A DNA stretch of 32,000 nucleotides from Microcystis aeruginosa NIES-2549 (lineage in GTDB: Bacteria > Cyanobacteriota > Cyanobacteriia > Cyanobacteriales > Microcystaceae), in contig NZ_CP011304.1 of NCBI RefSeq assembly GCF_000981785.2, positions 1,950,001 through 1,982,000 of the forward strand. Reading direction: 5' to 3'. The position numbers and the translations under genes are program-made. The notes under the pieces are model-generated. The model had not been told where the DNA came from. It did no database searches and saw only the letters and a program-made list of their open reading frames with translations. Position 1 is the first letter of the stretch. Each line of letters opens with the position of its first letter. This document shows, piece after piece, positions 1 through 9,794 of this stretch.

Positions 1-30
1 GTAGCAGCCTTATGCTGTCTTTTCACTGTT

Positions 31-71
31 TACTGATCACTGATTACTGATCACTGATTACCGATCACTGA
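31..71. repeat. Heptanucleotide tandem array (TACTGAT/CACTGAT/TACCGAT, about 6 units), STRR-like
   Basis: Direct reading: tactgat cactgat tactgat cactgat taccgat cactga. It lies directly downstream of the stop of the minus-strand ORF 78..374. Confidence 0.85.
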
Positions 72-77
72 AAATTG

Positions 78-374
78 TTAAGAAACTTGACTGCGTAACA
101 CCTTTAGGGGATTGAGGAGCTTGCTTTCTTCTTTTTCCTCAAAAATAGTTAAATCTTTCGGTTGACAACGTTTTATATCTAATTTAATCCCCTGCGCTCC
201 TTCTGTTTTCAAATCTTCTTCGTAACCGGCTTGAGCGACTTCAGCCTCGTCTTTAGCGAGAAAAGGACCGAAATAATAAGTACATCTGGGATAGTCGGTT
301 TTAATCTCGACCCAGTAGGCTAATCCGAACCTTTCGAGTAAGCTAATCAAAAATTCTTTCATTTCGTTCCCCAT
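78..374 (-). CDS. DUF1816-like small cyanobacterial protein (hypothetical)
   Basis: 98-aa ORF with an ATG start. The segment YWVEIKTDYPRCTYYFGPF matches my memory of the DUF1816 family. No other frame competes. Confidence 0.6.
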   Translation of the reverse strand: MGNEMKEFLISLLERFGLAYWVEIKTDYPRCTYYFGPFLAKDEAEVAQAGYEEDLKTEGAQGIKLDIKRCQPKDLTIFEEKEESKLLNPLKVLRSQVS

Positions 375-486
375 CTAAATCTACTCTGGTGGTTTTGTTA
401 CGTTTGTTTACATTTCGCAAACTTCCTTCCTATTTTATTTATACTTTCTCCTTTTGGCTATTGGGAGTGTCGAAAAATACAGATTT

Positions 487-1353
487 TCAGTCGGGGGAAT
501 TTTGCCAGCGTTGACGGTAAACCTCGTAAAGAGCCATAGCTGCCGCCACCGAAGCATTGAGACTGGCGGTTTTGCCTGCCAAGGGGATAGATACCAACTC
601 ATCGCAGGACTTTTGGGTCAACAGACTCAACCCCTCACCCTCCGAACCTATTACCAATCCTATCGCACCCGTTAAATTGATTGTGTGTAAAGATTTACCA
701 GTTTTTGCCGCCGTGCCGTAGAGCCAAAAACCAGCCGCTTTTAATTCCTCTAAAGCACGATTGAGATTGACCACCCTGGCCACAGGTAAATATTCCAAGG
801 CCCCCGCCGCCACTTTCATCACCGTCGATGTCACCCCGGCGGCGCGACGTTGGGGAATAACCACCCCCTGACAACCCATGGCCTCGGCGGTGCGAATAAT
901 TGCCCCCAGGTTATGGGGATCCGTAATACCTTCAGCGATAACAATCACGGGGTGGCGACTTTTGCCCTTAGCTTTCTCGATCAGATCGGCTAATTCGATA
1001 TACTCATAGGGGGACATCTGGGCCGCAATCCCCTGATGATTGGCCTTACTGGTAATCTGATCGAGACGCAGATCGTCCACCTCATCAATCACCGTGCCGT
1101 TGGCTTTGGCCTTTTCCAAGAGGGTATGATAACGGGGATCGTAACGGAGTCGATTAACCACCCAAATCCGATTCAGTTGGCGCTCCTCCTCCATGGCCGT
1201 TAAAACCACCCGGCGACCGTAGAGCAGATCATCAGCTTCTTGGTTTTCTGGAGTTACTGCCAGGGATTTAGTCAGAATTGGCCCAGTTTTTGGCCGCGAG
1301 GGCCGGCGAGAATTACGATTATCGGACTTATCACGAAATGGTCGATCGCTCAT
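487..1353 (-). CDS. rlmB: 23S rRNA (guanosine-2'-O)-methyltransferase, RlmB/TrmH (SpoU) family
   Basis: SpoU-type motifs are present: [34 protein letters not shown] and [22 protein letters not shown]. It has a basic N-terminal extension and lies next to mrnC. Confidence 0.8.
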   Translation of the reverse strand: MSDRPFRDKSDNRNSRRPSRPKTGPILTKSLAVTPENQEADDLLYGRRVVLTAMEEERQLNRIWVVNRLRYDPRYHTLLEKAKANGTVIDEVDDLRLDQITSKANHQGIAAQMSPYEYIELADLIEKAKGKSRHPVIVIAEGITDPHNLGAIIRTAEAMGCQGVVIPQRRAAGVTSTVMKVAAGALEYLPVARVVNLNRALEELKAAGFWLYGTAAKTGKSLHTINLTGAIGLVIGSEGEGLSLLTQKSCDELVSIPLAGKTASLNASVAAAMALYEVYRQRWQNSPD

Positions 1354-1399
1354 GGTTGCATGGATTAATAAAAGGGGGGTCGGGAATAATACCTGAGGG

Positions 1400-1816
1400 C
1401 TATAATTCTAGTTTTTCTAATAGTTGATGTAATCTTGAGGGGTCTTGCAGATAAAGATAGCCGAACAGGGTTTCTAAACTGCTGGCCTGCTGATAGACTT
1501 GGGCTGTCAGACGACGGCGTTTTCCCGTGACCGCATTGCGTCCCCGGCGCAGAATTTCTTTTTCTTGGTCTGTCAGATAGGGCTGCAGTTGTGCTAAATC
1601 TAAAGCCTGTTGTTCGGCCCTGACTTTGCCCACCACCTGAGCGTGATAGTCCCCGAGACGCTGGGGCGGCAGTAAATAATAGGTGCGGATGTATAATTCA
1701 TAAACAGCATCCCCCAGATAGGCCAGAGAAGCGGGCGATAATCGGTCAAGACCCTCTAGGAGTGGTGAACCCTCGCCATTGACCTGTAAGCGAATTTTTT
1801 CGAGAGGAGATTCCAC
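1400..1816 (-). CDS. mrnC: Mini-ribonuclease 3 (Mini-III)
   Basis: 138 aa with the RNase III-like signature [14 protein letters not shown]. The first codon is GTG. It sits 3 nt after the stop of the upstream STAS gene. Confidence 0.8.
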   Translation of the reverse strand: MESPLEKIRLQVNGEGSPLLEGLDRLSPASLAYLGDAVYELYIRTYYLLPPQRLGDYHAQVVGKVRAEQQALDLAQLQPYLTDQEKEILRRGRNAVTGKRRRLTAQVYQQASSLETLFGYLYLQDPSRLHQLLEKLEL

Positions 1817-1819
1817 GAT

Positions 1820-2170
1820 TTACGCTTTTTCTAGATGTTTTATCGCTTCTTCTAGGGTGGGTTGCAGGGAAAAAAACTTCTCCAATCGCACCAGTTTTAC
1901 GGTTTGAGTTACCCGGGGATTGGTAACAATTTGTAAACTGCCCCCTTCGGTTTTGGCCTTTTTCACCAATTTTACCAAAGCCCCTAAACCGGAGCTATCG
2001 ATAAAATCAATCTGAGCCAGGCTAATAATCACATCCTTGGGACCTTCCTCCACATAGCCTTCGATCACCTTACAAAAAGTCGGTTCGGAAAAGGCATCTA
2101 AAAGACCCGTCAAACGGAAAATTTGGTACTTATCTCTGACCTCACGCGTGCCTCGCAAGCTGACAGTCAA
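1820..2170 (-). CDS. STAS-domain protein (anti-sigma factor antagonist family)
   Basis: 116 aa with a SpoIIAA-like pattern: FRLTGLLDAFSEP and IDFIDSSGLGALVKL. The first codon of the ORF is TTG and no in-frame ATG lies nearby, so the start is uncertain. Confidence 0.7.
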   Translation of the reverse strand: MTVSLRGTREVRDKYQIFRLTGLLDAFSEPTFCKVIEGYVEEGPKDVIISLAQIDFIDSSGLGALVKLVKKAKTEGGSLQIVTNPRVTQTVKLVRLEKFFSLQPTLEEAIKHLEKA

Positions 2171-2244
2171 GTTAATTGCTTCTGGAATAATCGCCTCCTA
2201 GCTCGAGAGCCGTAAAAATCAAAACCCTAGTATATCCTAAAAAT

Positions 2245-3393
2245 TTACGACCGATCCTTTTTTGCTTGCCGCATTAAATCAACAAATTGGCCAAACAGAT
2301 AATCAGCATCGTGGGGGCCGGGACTGGCCTCGGGGTGGTATTGTACCGAGAAAAAGGGCAAAGACTTGTGTTTTAACCCCGCTACGGTGCGATCATTGAG
2401 GTTGAGATGGGTAATCTCCACTTCCTGGTTTAAAGAGGCTTCCTGCACCGCAAAACCGTGATTCTGACTGGTAATTTCCACCTGTTGCTGCAGTCCACAG
2501 GGTTGATTTAACCCGCGATGACCAAATTTCAGTTTAAAGGTTTCTGCTCCTAGGGATAGCCCTAAAATTTGATGACCCATACAGATGCCAAAAGTGGGTT
2601 TTTCCCCTTGTAAAAGTTGCTTGGCTAGGGCAATACCTTCGGTAACAGCCGCTGGATCTCCCGGTCCGTTGGAAAAGAAAATACCATCGGGATTATATTC
2701 GGCGATTTTTTCCGGGGGAGTGTCGGCGGGAACCACGATTACCCGACAACCGTAGCTGGCTAAACGCCGGAGAATATTGCGTTTGATGCCAAAATCGATC
2801 GCCACCACCGTTAATGCCTCTTGATCACTATCAATTGGCGCAAATTCCCAAGCGGAGGGGGTGGGAGTCGTCCATTCGTACACTTCCTTGGTGGTTACTT
2901 CTTTGACGAGATTTAACCCGGCCATACTGGGGGCTGCTTGCACCAGCCGCAGTAAATCATGATAATCGAGTATTTCCGTAGAAATTGCCCCATTCATCGC
3001 CCCAAACGAGCGAATTTTGCGGGTCAGGGAGCGGGTATCGATGCCGTAGATGCCAATAACATGATGAGCGGCCAGATAATCCGGTAGGGATTGGCTAGAA
3101 CGCCAATTACTGGGCCGGTGGCAGATATTTTTGGCGATCGCTCCTTTCACCTGGGGACGAATTGACTCCTCATCCTCGGGGTTAACCCCCGTATTTCCCA
3201 ATTCCGGATAGGTAAAAGTGACGATTTGACCGGCATAACTGGGATCGGTGAGAACTTCCTGATAACCGGTCATCCCCGTGTTAAAGACAACTTCGCCGAC
3301 AGTGGTTCCCTTGGCTCCGAAGGAATAACCCTCGTAAACCGTACCATCGGCCAGAACTAATAAGGCTTTTTGACTAGCAGCACTTGATATCAT
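2245..3393 (-). CDS. carA: Carbamoyl-phosphate synthase small (glutaminase) subunit
   Basis: N-terminal CPSase small-chain domain ([16 protein letters not shown]). Class I glutamine amidotransferase domain with GICMGHQ and VQYHPE. The track start at 3399 is TTG, and I prefer the ATG at 3393. Confidence 0.9.
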   Translation of the reverse strand: MISSAASQKALLVLADGTVYEGYSFGAKGTTVGEVVFNTGMTGYQEVLTDPSYAGQIVTFTYPELGNTGVNPEDEESIRPQVKGAIAKNICHRPSNWRSSQSLPDYLAAHHVIGIYGIDTRSLTRKIRSFGAMNGAISTEILDYHDLLRLVQAAPSMAGLNLVKEVTTKEVYEWTTPTPSAWEFAPIDSDQEALTVVAIDFGIKRNILRRLASYGCRVIVVPADTPPEKIAEYNPDGIFFSNGPGDPAAVTEGIALAKQLLQGEKPTFGICMGHQILGLSLGAETFKLKFGHRGLNQPCGLQQQVEITSQNHGFAVQEASLNQEVEITHLNLNDRTVAGLKHKSLPFFSVQYHPEASPGPHDADYLFGQFVDLMRQAKKDRS

Positions 3394-3590
3394 CGTCAAT
3401 TTTTTAATCTTGAGTAGTGGTGAGAAACAGAAGTCAAGGATAGACTAGAACAGGGACTAGAAAACGAATTGCTTAGTTTTAATTGGCTAGAGCGTTTTAT
3501 GATTAAGAGTACATCCGCTTAAAGACAACAGCTTCCCCTGACTAGCCATCGGCAAGATCCTATCGCTTAAAAAATAACTATATAAGTAAT

Positions 3591-4484
3591 ATGAGTCCAA
3601 GAAAACTGACTGATGCCACGAAAAAAGAAATTCTTAAGCTTTATCGGGAAACGGAGTCCACCACTTCCACCTTAGCCGAGCGTTATGGCGTGAGTAGCTC
3701 TACGGTCAGTCGTTTTCTCAAAAATTCTTTTTCTAGCGAGGAATACGAGCAGTTAATCCAGAAAAAACGCTTGGCCCGCAATCCTCGTGGCCTCGAGGAG
3801 GAGGGAGCAGCAGCGGATTTACCAGAAAAAGCGATCGAGGTGATTAGTTTTCGGGCAGCGCGCATCGAAGCTAAGGATGAGCAGGCTTTTGAGCAACCGA
3901 TCGCTTCTGTGGAACAATTAACCCTGTTAATGGATACCTCTTACCCGTCAGAAGCAGATAATTCGGAAGATACAGAAATTAATGGCGATAAACCCCTAGA
4001 AAACTCTAATTTAACCGAGTTTTTCGTCGAAGCTATCGAGGAAGAGGAGGAAGATGAGCTTGACGAGGATTGGGATGAAGAGGAGGATGAGGAGGATGAA
4101 GATGAAGATGAAGATGAGGAGGATGAGGAACTAGCGGGGAGCTATTTAGGCCCGACTATCGTTAAAACAGCCCAATTACAGATATTACCCCTATCGGCGG
4201 CGGCTTTTCCCAAAACCTGTTACTTGGTGATTGATCGCGCTGCCGAATTAATCACCCGTCCCCTCAAGGATTTTGCCGAATTGGGTAAGGTTCCCCCTCA
4301 GGAAATCCAGCAGCGCACTCTCCCCATCTTTGAAAGTCATCGCATCGCTCGTCGTTTCTCCAAGCGCAAGGAAAAAGTGATTAAAGTTCCCGACGGTCGC
4401 CTGATCGAAAAAGCTCACGCTCAACTGGAAGCGAAAGGGATCACCCGTCTGCTCATGGATGGTCGTATCTACGCTTTAGAGTAG
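3591..4484 (+). CDS. HTH-containing protein with a long acidic low-complexity linker (hypothetical)
   Basis: 297 aa. HTH-like N-terminus (STLAERYGVSSSTVSRFLK), a D/E run encoded at about 4038..4130, and a basic C-terminal domain. ATG start. Confidence 0.6.
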   Translation: MSPRKLTDATKKEILKLYRETESTTSTLAERYGVSSSTVSRFLKNSFSSEEYEQLIQKKRLARNPRGLEEEGAAADLPEKAIEVISFRAARIEAKDEQAFEQPIASVEQLTLLMDTSYPSEADNSEDTEINGDKPLENSNLTEFFVEAIEEEEEDELDEDWDEEEDEEDEDEDEDEEDEELAGSYLGPTIVKTAQLQILPLSAAAFPKTCYLVIDRAAELITRPLKDFAELGKVPPQEIQQRTLPIFESHRIARRFSKRKEKVIKVPDGRLIEKAHAQLEAKGITRLLMDGRIYALE

Positions 4485-4522
4485 GGAATTAGCGGGTTAG
4501 CAGGGGTTAGGAGATGGAGGAA

Positions 4523-4573
4523 GTGGGGTGTGGGGTGTGGGGTGTAGGGTGTGGGGTGTGGGGTGTGGGGTGT
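4523..4573. repeat. Heptanucleotide tandem array (GTGGGGT, about 7 units)
   Basis: Direct reading: gtggggt repeated, with one gtagggt variant. It lies 3' of the CDS 3591..4484. Confidence 0.9.
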
Positions 4574-4605
4574 CGGAAGAATAAATAGAAATAATCTCCT
4601 GTCTC

Positions 4606-4682
<77 letters not shown>

Positions 4683-5010
4683 AAGGCTGACGGCTAAAAA
4701 GCTGAATAATCGAGTTTAAACAATAGATAAGTTTTTTAACAAGAGTAGTGTTAGATACTAATTACCCGATGGACTGGGGTAGAATTGGAAAAACCAGTCA
4801 AACTGTTTTAGCCAAGCTATTTAACTATGATGAAAATTAACTTGCTGTTCGGGTTATCTTCTCTTAAAAAATCGACAAAAAACTTTACATAAACTCAAAA
4901 GAGAGCCTGATAAATTTCTTATCTAAAAGCTGAGTTAGTTATCGGACGAGGTTTTTAGGTGTTTTTGTTGATTACTTCTTAACCACCATCTTATAAGTAG
5001 AAGAAGGGAG

Positions 5011-5790
5011 ATGAAAGTTAATCAGTTACTAAGACTCTACGAACAAGGAGAGCGGGATTTTTTAGCCATTGACTTGATGAGTCTAGATCTACAACAAGTG
5101 ACTCTAATCGCTGTCAATTTTGCTGCGGCCAATTTGCGCGGAACTAATTTGAGCCGCTCTTTTCTGACTAAATCAAATCTGCGGGGAGCGAGTTTGAATT
5201 GGGCGAATTTAACCTATGCCAAATTAAGTCAAGCGCAATTAGTGGAAGCGGACTTAACCAAAGCCAATCTCACCGGGGCCTTTATGGTACAGGCTAACCT
5301 GCGTAACTCGCGATTAAGTGGTGCGGATCTTTCCCATGCTAATCTCCGGGGGGCGAATTTATGCGGGGCAAATTTATGCGGGGCGAATTTATACTTAGTT
5401 AATCTCTTGGAGGCAAACCTAGATAAAGTCAATCTCAATTGGGCTAATTTGCAGGAAGCGCGGTTAAGTGGGGCTAAATGTCGTCAGATTTCCGCAAGGG
5501 AAGCCAATTTTAGCGGCTCTTTTGTTAAAGAGGTGGACTTTCAGGGGGCCAATTTAGAAAGGGCTAATTTTAGCGAGGCACGTCTGACGGGTAGTGATTT
5601 ACGCGGGGCCAATTTAGCGGGTGCTAATCTAGCGGGAGCGCGTTTACAAGAGGTAAATCTACAGGGAGCGGACTTGAGGGGTGCTAACTTGACGGGGACT
5701 TGTTTTGAGAGTGTCACTGGTTGGACAGAAATCGTCCAAGAAGATGATATTTTTCCCCTAGACTGGTTTCAGCCTCGTTTTGCCACTTAA
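5011..5790 (+). CDS. Pentapeptide-repeat protein
   Basis: 259 aa dominated by A(N/D)LxG-type pentapeptides (ANLRGTNLSRS, ANLRGANLCGANLCGANL). AAGGGAG lies 1 nt upstream of the ATG. Confidence 0.9.
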   Translation: MKVNQLLRLYEQGERDFLAIDLMSLDLQQVTLIAVNFAAANLRGTNLSRSFLTKSNLRGASLNWANLTYAKLSQAQLVEADLTKANLTGAFMVQANLRNSRLSGADLSHANLRGANLCGANLCGANLYLVNLLEANLDKVNLNWANLQEARLSGAKCRQISAREANFSGSFVKEVDFQGANLERANFSEARLTGSDLRGANLAGANLAGARLQEVNLQGADLRGANLTGTCFESVTGWTEIVQEDDIFPLDWFQPRFAT

Positions 5791-5831
5791 AAGTCAATAT
5801 ATCTGCCGAAAGCCCCTCCTTTTTCTATCAA

Positions 5832-6359
5832 TTAACGATTAGCTGGACTGGTTAATCTTTGCTTAGGAATGGGGATTTGGGGAGCATTATTCGGCTCGTC
5901 CTCGAAGGGTAAAGCAGGGGGAGGAGGAGGAGTGGTAGCACTGGGAGATGGTGCTGGAGATGGACTGGGATTAGCCACAGCGGGGGGACTTTTCGGGGTG
6001 AGGACGGGTGCGGGAGAGCTAAAACCGAGGAGAGCTTTGCCAAAGGGAAAAACATTTCTCCAGCGTTGAATATTGGGATGGCCAAACCAATCTTGACGGG
6101 ATACCTTCACCGAGAGGATAGGTGCGATCGCACCTGATTTTTCGGCCGTTATTAATAAATCAATTTTATTAAGACCCTGTTGTTGATTAAAACGACTGAT
6201 GATAGTTTTCTCCGCTAATTGCGATGCTCTAGTCAATAATCCTTCGTAGGATTCTCCTCGTTTAACTGTGATGGGAAGATTAACAGTGGATTGAGCAAAA
6301 ACCACATCAACGGCAATAATTCCCGTCAGCAGCGTTAAAACAGTAATAGACTTGTACAT
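5832..6359 (-). CDS. Secreted or membrane-anchored hypothetical protein with a Pro/Ser-rich C-terminus
   Basis: Signal-peptide-like N-terminus (MYKSITVLTLLTGIIAVDVVFAQS). Low-complexity tail (PSPSPAPSPSATTPPPPPALP). It is the longest frame at this locus. Confidence 0.55.
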   Translation of the reverse strand: MYKSITVLTLLTGIIAVDVVFAQSTVNLPITVKRGESYEGLLTRASQLAEKTIISRFNQQQGLNKIDLLITAEKSGAIAPILSVKVSRQDWFGHPNIQRWRNVFPFGKALLGFSSPAPVLTPKSPPAVANPSPSPAPSPSATTPPPPPALPFEDEPNNAPQIPIPKQRLTSPANR

Positions 6360-6522
6360 AGGACAGACGGTTAAACAGGCACTGCCTGTCTAGGGTCGGG
6401 AGTTTCCCTCTTAGAGTTCCCCAATCGCCTTCTTAAATTACCATGATCGATCTGTGGCCACAATTGAAAATTTTCCGGTAGCAAAATCGTCCTTGGCTCC
6501 TAGCAATAGGCAATAGGGGAAT

Positions 6523-6695
6523 AATTAGGGTTGGCTGAATAAATCTAAAAACTTTGTTGGATAATATCCTTAGGCTTTTTTGAAATCAAAAAGTGCCAGC
6601 CATTGGAGTAATCGGGGGGAAAATTCGGGTACTTCTTTCCTGAAAATTGGGTAAAACCCCACACCCACGAAAAACTTTTTCAGCATAACCTAATT
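6523..6695. mobile_element. MITE-like element, copy A (~173 bp) with terminal inverted repeats
   Basis: Left end AATTAGGGTTGGCTGAA. The right end reads AATTAGGTTATGCTGAA on the opposite strand. The interior aligns by eye with 26556..26763. Confidence 0.75.
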
Positions 6696-6728
6696 ATATT
6701 TGGCTATATCGATCCGAGGGTTTTAATT

Positions 6729-7184
6729 ATGAATCAAACTAGCGAAACCGTTACCTATTCTCTCGAATCTGTCCTGACAAGGATCGAGAGTAAAATCGAC
6801 AATCTCCAAAGAGATGTTAATCAAAAATTTGACAGTCTCCAAAGAGATGTGGATCAGAAAATCGACAATCTCCAAAGAGATATGGATCAAAAATTTGACA
6901 GTCTCCAAAAAGATGTTAATAAAAAATTTGACAGTCTCCAAAAAGATGTTAATGATTTAAAGGTGGAAGTCACAGAAATCAAAGGAGATATTAAAATTCT
7001 TGATCAGAAAGTCGAAACAATGGATAAACGACTGGAAAAAGTCGAAGATAGTTATGCAATCCTAGTTAAAGATATTGCGGACTTGAAAGGGTTTAAATCT
7101 CTGATTATCCCCATGCTTGTGGCTTTTTTAAGTGCCGTGGTCACTTTGGGATTGCGCGGCTTTTTTCTTGGCAATAAACCTTAA
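6729..7184 (+). CDS. Tail-anchored coiled-coil protein built from 11-residue repeats (hypothetical)
   Basis: 151 aa. Five hendecad units (KIDNLQRDVNQ / KFDSLQRDVDQ ...), further coiled-coil sequence, then a hydrophobic C-terminus (LIIPMLVAFLSAVVTLGL). Confidence 0.7.
   Translation: MNQTSETVTYSLESVLTRIESKIDNLQRDVNQKFDSLQRDVDQKIDNLQRDMDQKFDSLQKDVNKKFDSLQKDVNDLKVEVTEIKGDIKILDQKVETMDKRLEKVEDSYAILVKDIADLKGFKSLIIPMLVAFLSAVVTLGLRGFFLGNKP
6792..6956 (+). repeat. Five tandem 33-bp repeats inside CDS 6729..7184
   Basis: Direct reading: aaaatcgacaatctccaaagagatgttaatcaa / aaatttgacagtctccaaagagatgtggatcag, and so on. Two unit types alternate for the first four units, then the fifth repeats the second type. 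Confidence 0.9.
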
Positions 7185-7241
7185 ATATATCAGTGGATAT
7201 TTTAATCATCAAGTTTATTTTGTACTCTACCAATAAAATCC

Positions 7242-8783
7242 ATGAGTTTTTGTATTAATCCTCATTGTCCTAAACCGAAAAGTATCACGGAGAGTCGTTA
7301 CTGTCAATCCTGTGGTTCCGACTTGCTTTTAAACGGTAAATATCGAGTCACAAATTTATTGAGTGCCAAAGGTGGATTTGGTAATACCTATGAAGTGATA
7401 GATGAACATAAAATGCCCAAAGTATTAAAAGTTCTTACCTACGATTCCAGCAAAGCTATTGATTTATTTCAACAGGAAGCCAATCTTTTAAAACAATTAA
7501 ATCACCCTGGTATTCCCAAAGGAGAAAACTATTTTATTTATCATCCCCGGGAAAGTCAAACTGCTTTACACTGTTTAGTTATGGAGAAAATTGCTGGTAT
7601 TGACTTAGAAGAATATCAAAAACAAAGAGGATTTAAACCGATTGATTATCATCTCGCTTTGGATTGGTTAACTCAGTTAGCTAATATTCTCCACGAAGTT
7701 CATAAACATAAATTCTATCATCGTGATATCAAACCCTCTAATATTATCTTAAAACCCGATGGTCAATTAGTTTTAATTGATTTTGGAGCAGCGCGACAAG
7801 TGACTAAAACCGTCCTAGCAGGAGGCAAAAATACAGGAATTTATACCCCCGGATATGCTCCTCCCGAACAATCTCGCGGTCACTCTGTCCCCCAATCAGA
7901 CTTTTATGCTTTGGGCAAAACTTTCGTCTTTTTGTTAACTGGTAAAGAACCCAGTGATCCGAAAATTTATAATATTAATACAAATGAATTTAACTGGCGT
8001 AAATATGCCTCAAATATCCCTTCTCGATTAGCAGATTTTATCGATAATTTAATGGCAGAAAAACCTATTGATCGTCCAAAAGATACCAAAACTTTGCTAA
8101 AAATAATTATCGATATTAAAACTAATCTCCATCAAACTAAAAAAACTAAAAATTCTCCTCCCGAAAAAACTCAAGTTATTCTTATTCGGAATTCTGCATC
8201 TATTCCTGATTTACTTTCTTCCAGTTATGCTGGGTTTTGGCTCCGTTTCAAAGCCTCTTTAATTGATTCTTTTATCGTTCTTATTATCGCAGCTTTATTA
8301 GGTGGTTATATCTGTTTTCGCTTACAACAATGGTCAACTTTTCAAGATTTAAATCTTAATTTTGATATTCCCAAAGAAATCTGGGTTTACTATGCAGCAG
8401 GATTAAGTGCAGCTGGAACAACAATTTTTGGTTTTGCTTTATTTATAGCGGCAATTATCTATAATATTCAAGCCAAAATTAACTTTACTCACGAACATAT
8501 TGCCATTCTGACTGCTCTTGGTTTAGGAATAGTGATTAAATGGTTATATTATGTTTTCTTAGAATATCTTTTTAAAGCCACTATCGGTAAAATGTTTTTT
8601 GATTTATCCGTCACCGATAGCCAAGGCCGACGCATATCTTTTGCGAGAGCCAATCGCCGCTACTTACTAAAATTTCTCTCCACTGCTCCCTTATATTTAG
8701 GCTTTTTACTGGCAGCATGGACAAAGAAAAAGCGCACCATTCATGACATGATTGCAGGTACACAAATCCGCAAGAAAAAGTAA
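7242..8783 (+). CDS. Ser/Thr protein kinase with N-terminal 4-Cys zinc ribbon and C-terminal RDD-family membrane domain
   Basis: Zinc ribbon: CINPHCPKP..CQSCGSDL. Hanks kinase motifs: GGFGNTY, VLKVL, HRDIKPSNI, DFG and YAPPE. The C-terminus has several hydrophobic segments plus R..A.LID and RRYLLKF..IHDMIAGTQI, which are typical of RDD. Confidence 0.85.
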   Translation: MSFCINPHCPKPKSITESRYCQSCGSDLLLNGKYRVTNLLSAKGGFGNTYEVIDEHKMPKVLKVLTYDSSKAIDLFQQEANLLKQLNHPGIPKGENYFIYHPRESQTALHCLVMEKIAGIDLEEYQKQRGFKPIDYHLALDWLTQLANILHEVHKHKFYHRDIKPSNIILKPDGQLVLIDFGAARQVTKTVLAGGKNTGIYTPGYAPPEQSRGHSVPQSDFYALGKTFVFLLTGKEPSDPKIYNINTNEFNWRKYASNIPSRLADFIDNLMAEKPIDRPKDTKTLLKIIIDIKTNLHQTKKTKNSPPEKTQVILIRNSASIPDLLSSSYAGFWLRFKASLIDSFIVLIIAALLGGYICFRLQQWSTFQDLNLNFDIPKEIWVYYAAGLSAAGTTIFGFALFIAAIIYNIQAKINFTHEHIAILTALGLGIVIKWLYYVFLEYLFKATIGKMFFDLSVTDSQGRRISFARANRRYLLKFLSTAPLYLGFLLAAWTKKKRTIHDMIAGTQIRKKK

Positions 8784-8831
8784 CCATATATTAGAAAAGT
8801 AGGGAGAGGGGAGCGGGACGATAGGATAAAA

Positions 8832-9644
8832 TTAACTACAATAGGGACAAGATATTCCTGCTTGGTAATTGGGGTATTGTTTATCTTTTTCATCGATGGG
8901 ATGACCGCAAGCGGGACACATTTCATAATGTCCCACCTCTAAATTAGCTGTTAGGGCCACTCTTTGATCGAAAACAAAACATTCTCCTTGCCAAAGACTC
9001 TGATCGGGACTAACTTCTTCTAGGTATTTCAAAATACCTCCCTCTAGCTGATAAACTTGAGAAAAGCCTTGATTTAATAAAAAAGCTGCCGCCTTTTCAC
9101 AGCGAATTCCCCCCGTACAAAAAAGAGCTATTTTTTTATCGTTAATACTATCAAAATTGTCGTGAATATACTCAGGAAATTGGCGAAAATGCTGGATTTC
9201 TGGGTTAAGCGCTCCCGCAAAAGTACCGATCGCCACTTCATAATTATTACGAGTATCGATCACTACCACGTCCGGCTCTTTCAGCAATTGGTTCCACTGT
9301 TCAGCTTTGAGATGAATTCCTGTTTTTTCGAGAGGATTAGCCTTGGCTTGACCGAAAGTCACAATTTCCCTTTTTAAGCGAATTTTTAAGCGTTGAAAGG
9401 GCAAATAATCGCAAACAGACTCTTTCACCTCTAGATTAGCCAAACGAGTATCGGTTTTTAACCAACTAATCACCTCAGCGATCGCTTGACGGTTCCCGGC
9501 GATCGTTGCGTTAATCCCCTCGGCTGCCAGAAGAATAGTTCCTTTAATTCCTCTTTCTTGGCAGTATTTTTGTATTTCTGGCTGTTTTTGACGATAATCT
9601 GACAAAGCCACAAACTGGTAAAAAGTGGCGACTAGATAAGACAT
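8832..9644 (-). CDS. trhO: Rhodanese-domain tRNA uridine(34) hydroxylase (UPF0176/YceA family)
   Basis: N-terminus MSYLVATFYQF, rhodanese loop CTGGIRCEKA, and a C-terminal Cys cluster (CPACGHP..CPYCS). The track start at 9653 is TTG, so I use the ATG at 9644. Confidence 0.8.
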   Translation of the reverse strand: MSYLVATFYQFVALSDYRQKQPEIQKYCQERGIKGTILLAAEGINATIAGNRQAIAEVISWLKTDTRLANLEVKESVCDYLPFQRLKIRLKREIVTFGQAKANPLEKTGIHLKAEQWNQLLKEPDVVVIDTRNNYEVAIGTFAGALNPEIQHFRQFPEYIHDNFDSINDKKIALFCTGGIRCEKAAAFLLNQGFSQVYQLEGGILKYLEEVSPDQSLWQGECFVFDQRVALTANLEVGHYEMCPACGHPIDEKDKQYPNYQAGISCPYCS

Positions 9645-9721
9645 GGCAGGCAAGGGAAAAATTAACTTGTAATATTTTTCACTATAGGTTATAATAACAA
9701 AAGTGTCCTAAAAACCAGATC

Positions 9722-9794
9722 GGGGGTTTAGCTCAGTTGGTAGAGCGCCTGCTTTGCAAGCAGGATGTCAGCGGTTCGAGTCCGCTAACCTCCA
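9722..9794 (+). tRNA. tRNA-Ala (anticodon UGC)
   Basis: Cloverleaf read by eye. Acceptor GGGGGTT/AACCTCC, D arm GCTC-AGTTGGTA-GAGC, anticodon arm CCTGC-TTTGCAA-GCAGG, T arm GCGGTTCGAGTCCGC. No CCA is encoded. Confidence 0.95.

Noticed and set aside
5229-6085. Antisense or alternative-frame ORFs in the pentapeptide gene and in the Pro-rich gene (5229..5438, 5852..6085, 5869..6069)
   Set aside because: They are repeat-driven low-complexity translations (KFAPH repeats, Gly- and Pro-rich runs) overlapping better-supported frames.
6723-6941. 72-aa minus-strand ORF with repeated ETVKFLIHISL units
   Set aside because: It is the antisense reading of the 33-bp repeats. The plus-strand frame continues into a coiled coil plus membrane anchor and is the plausible gene.
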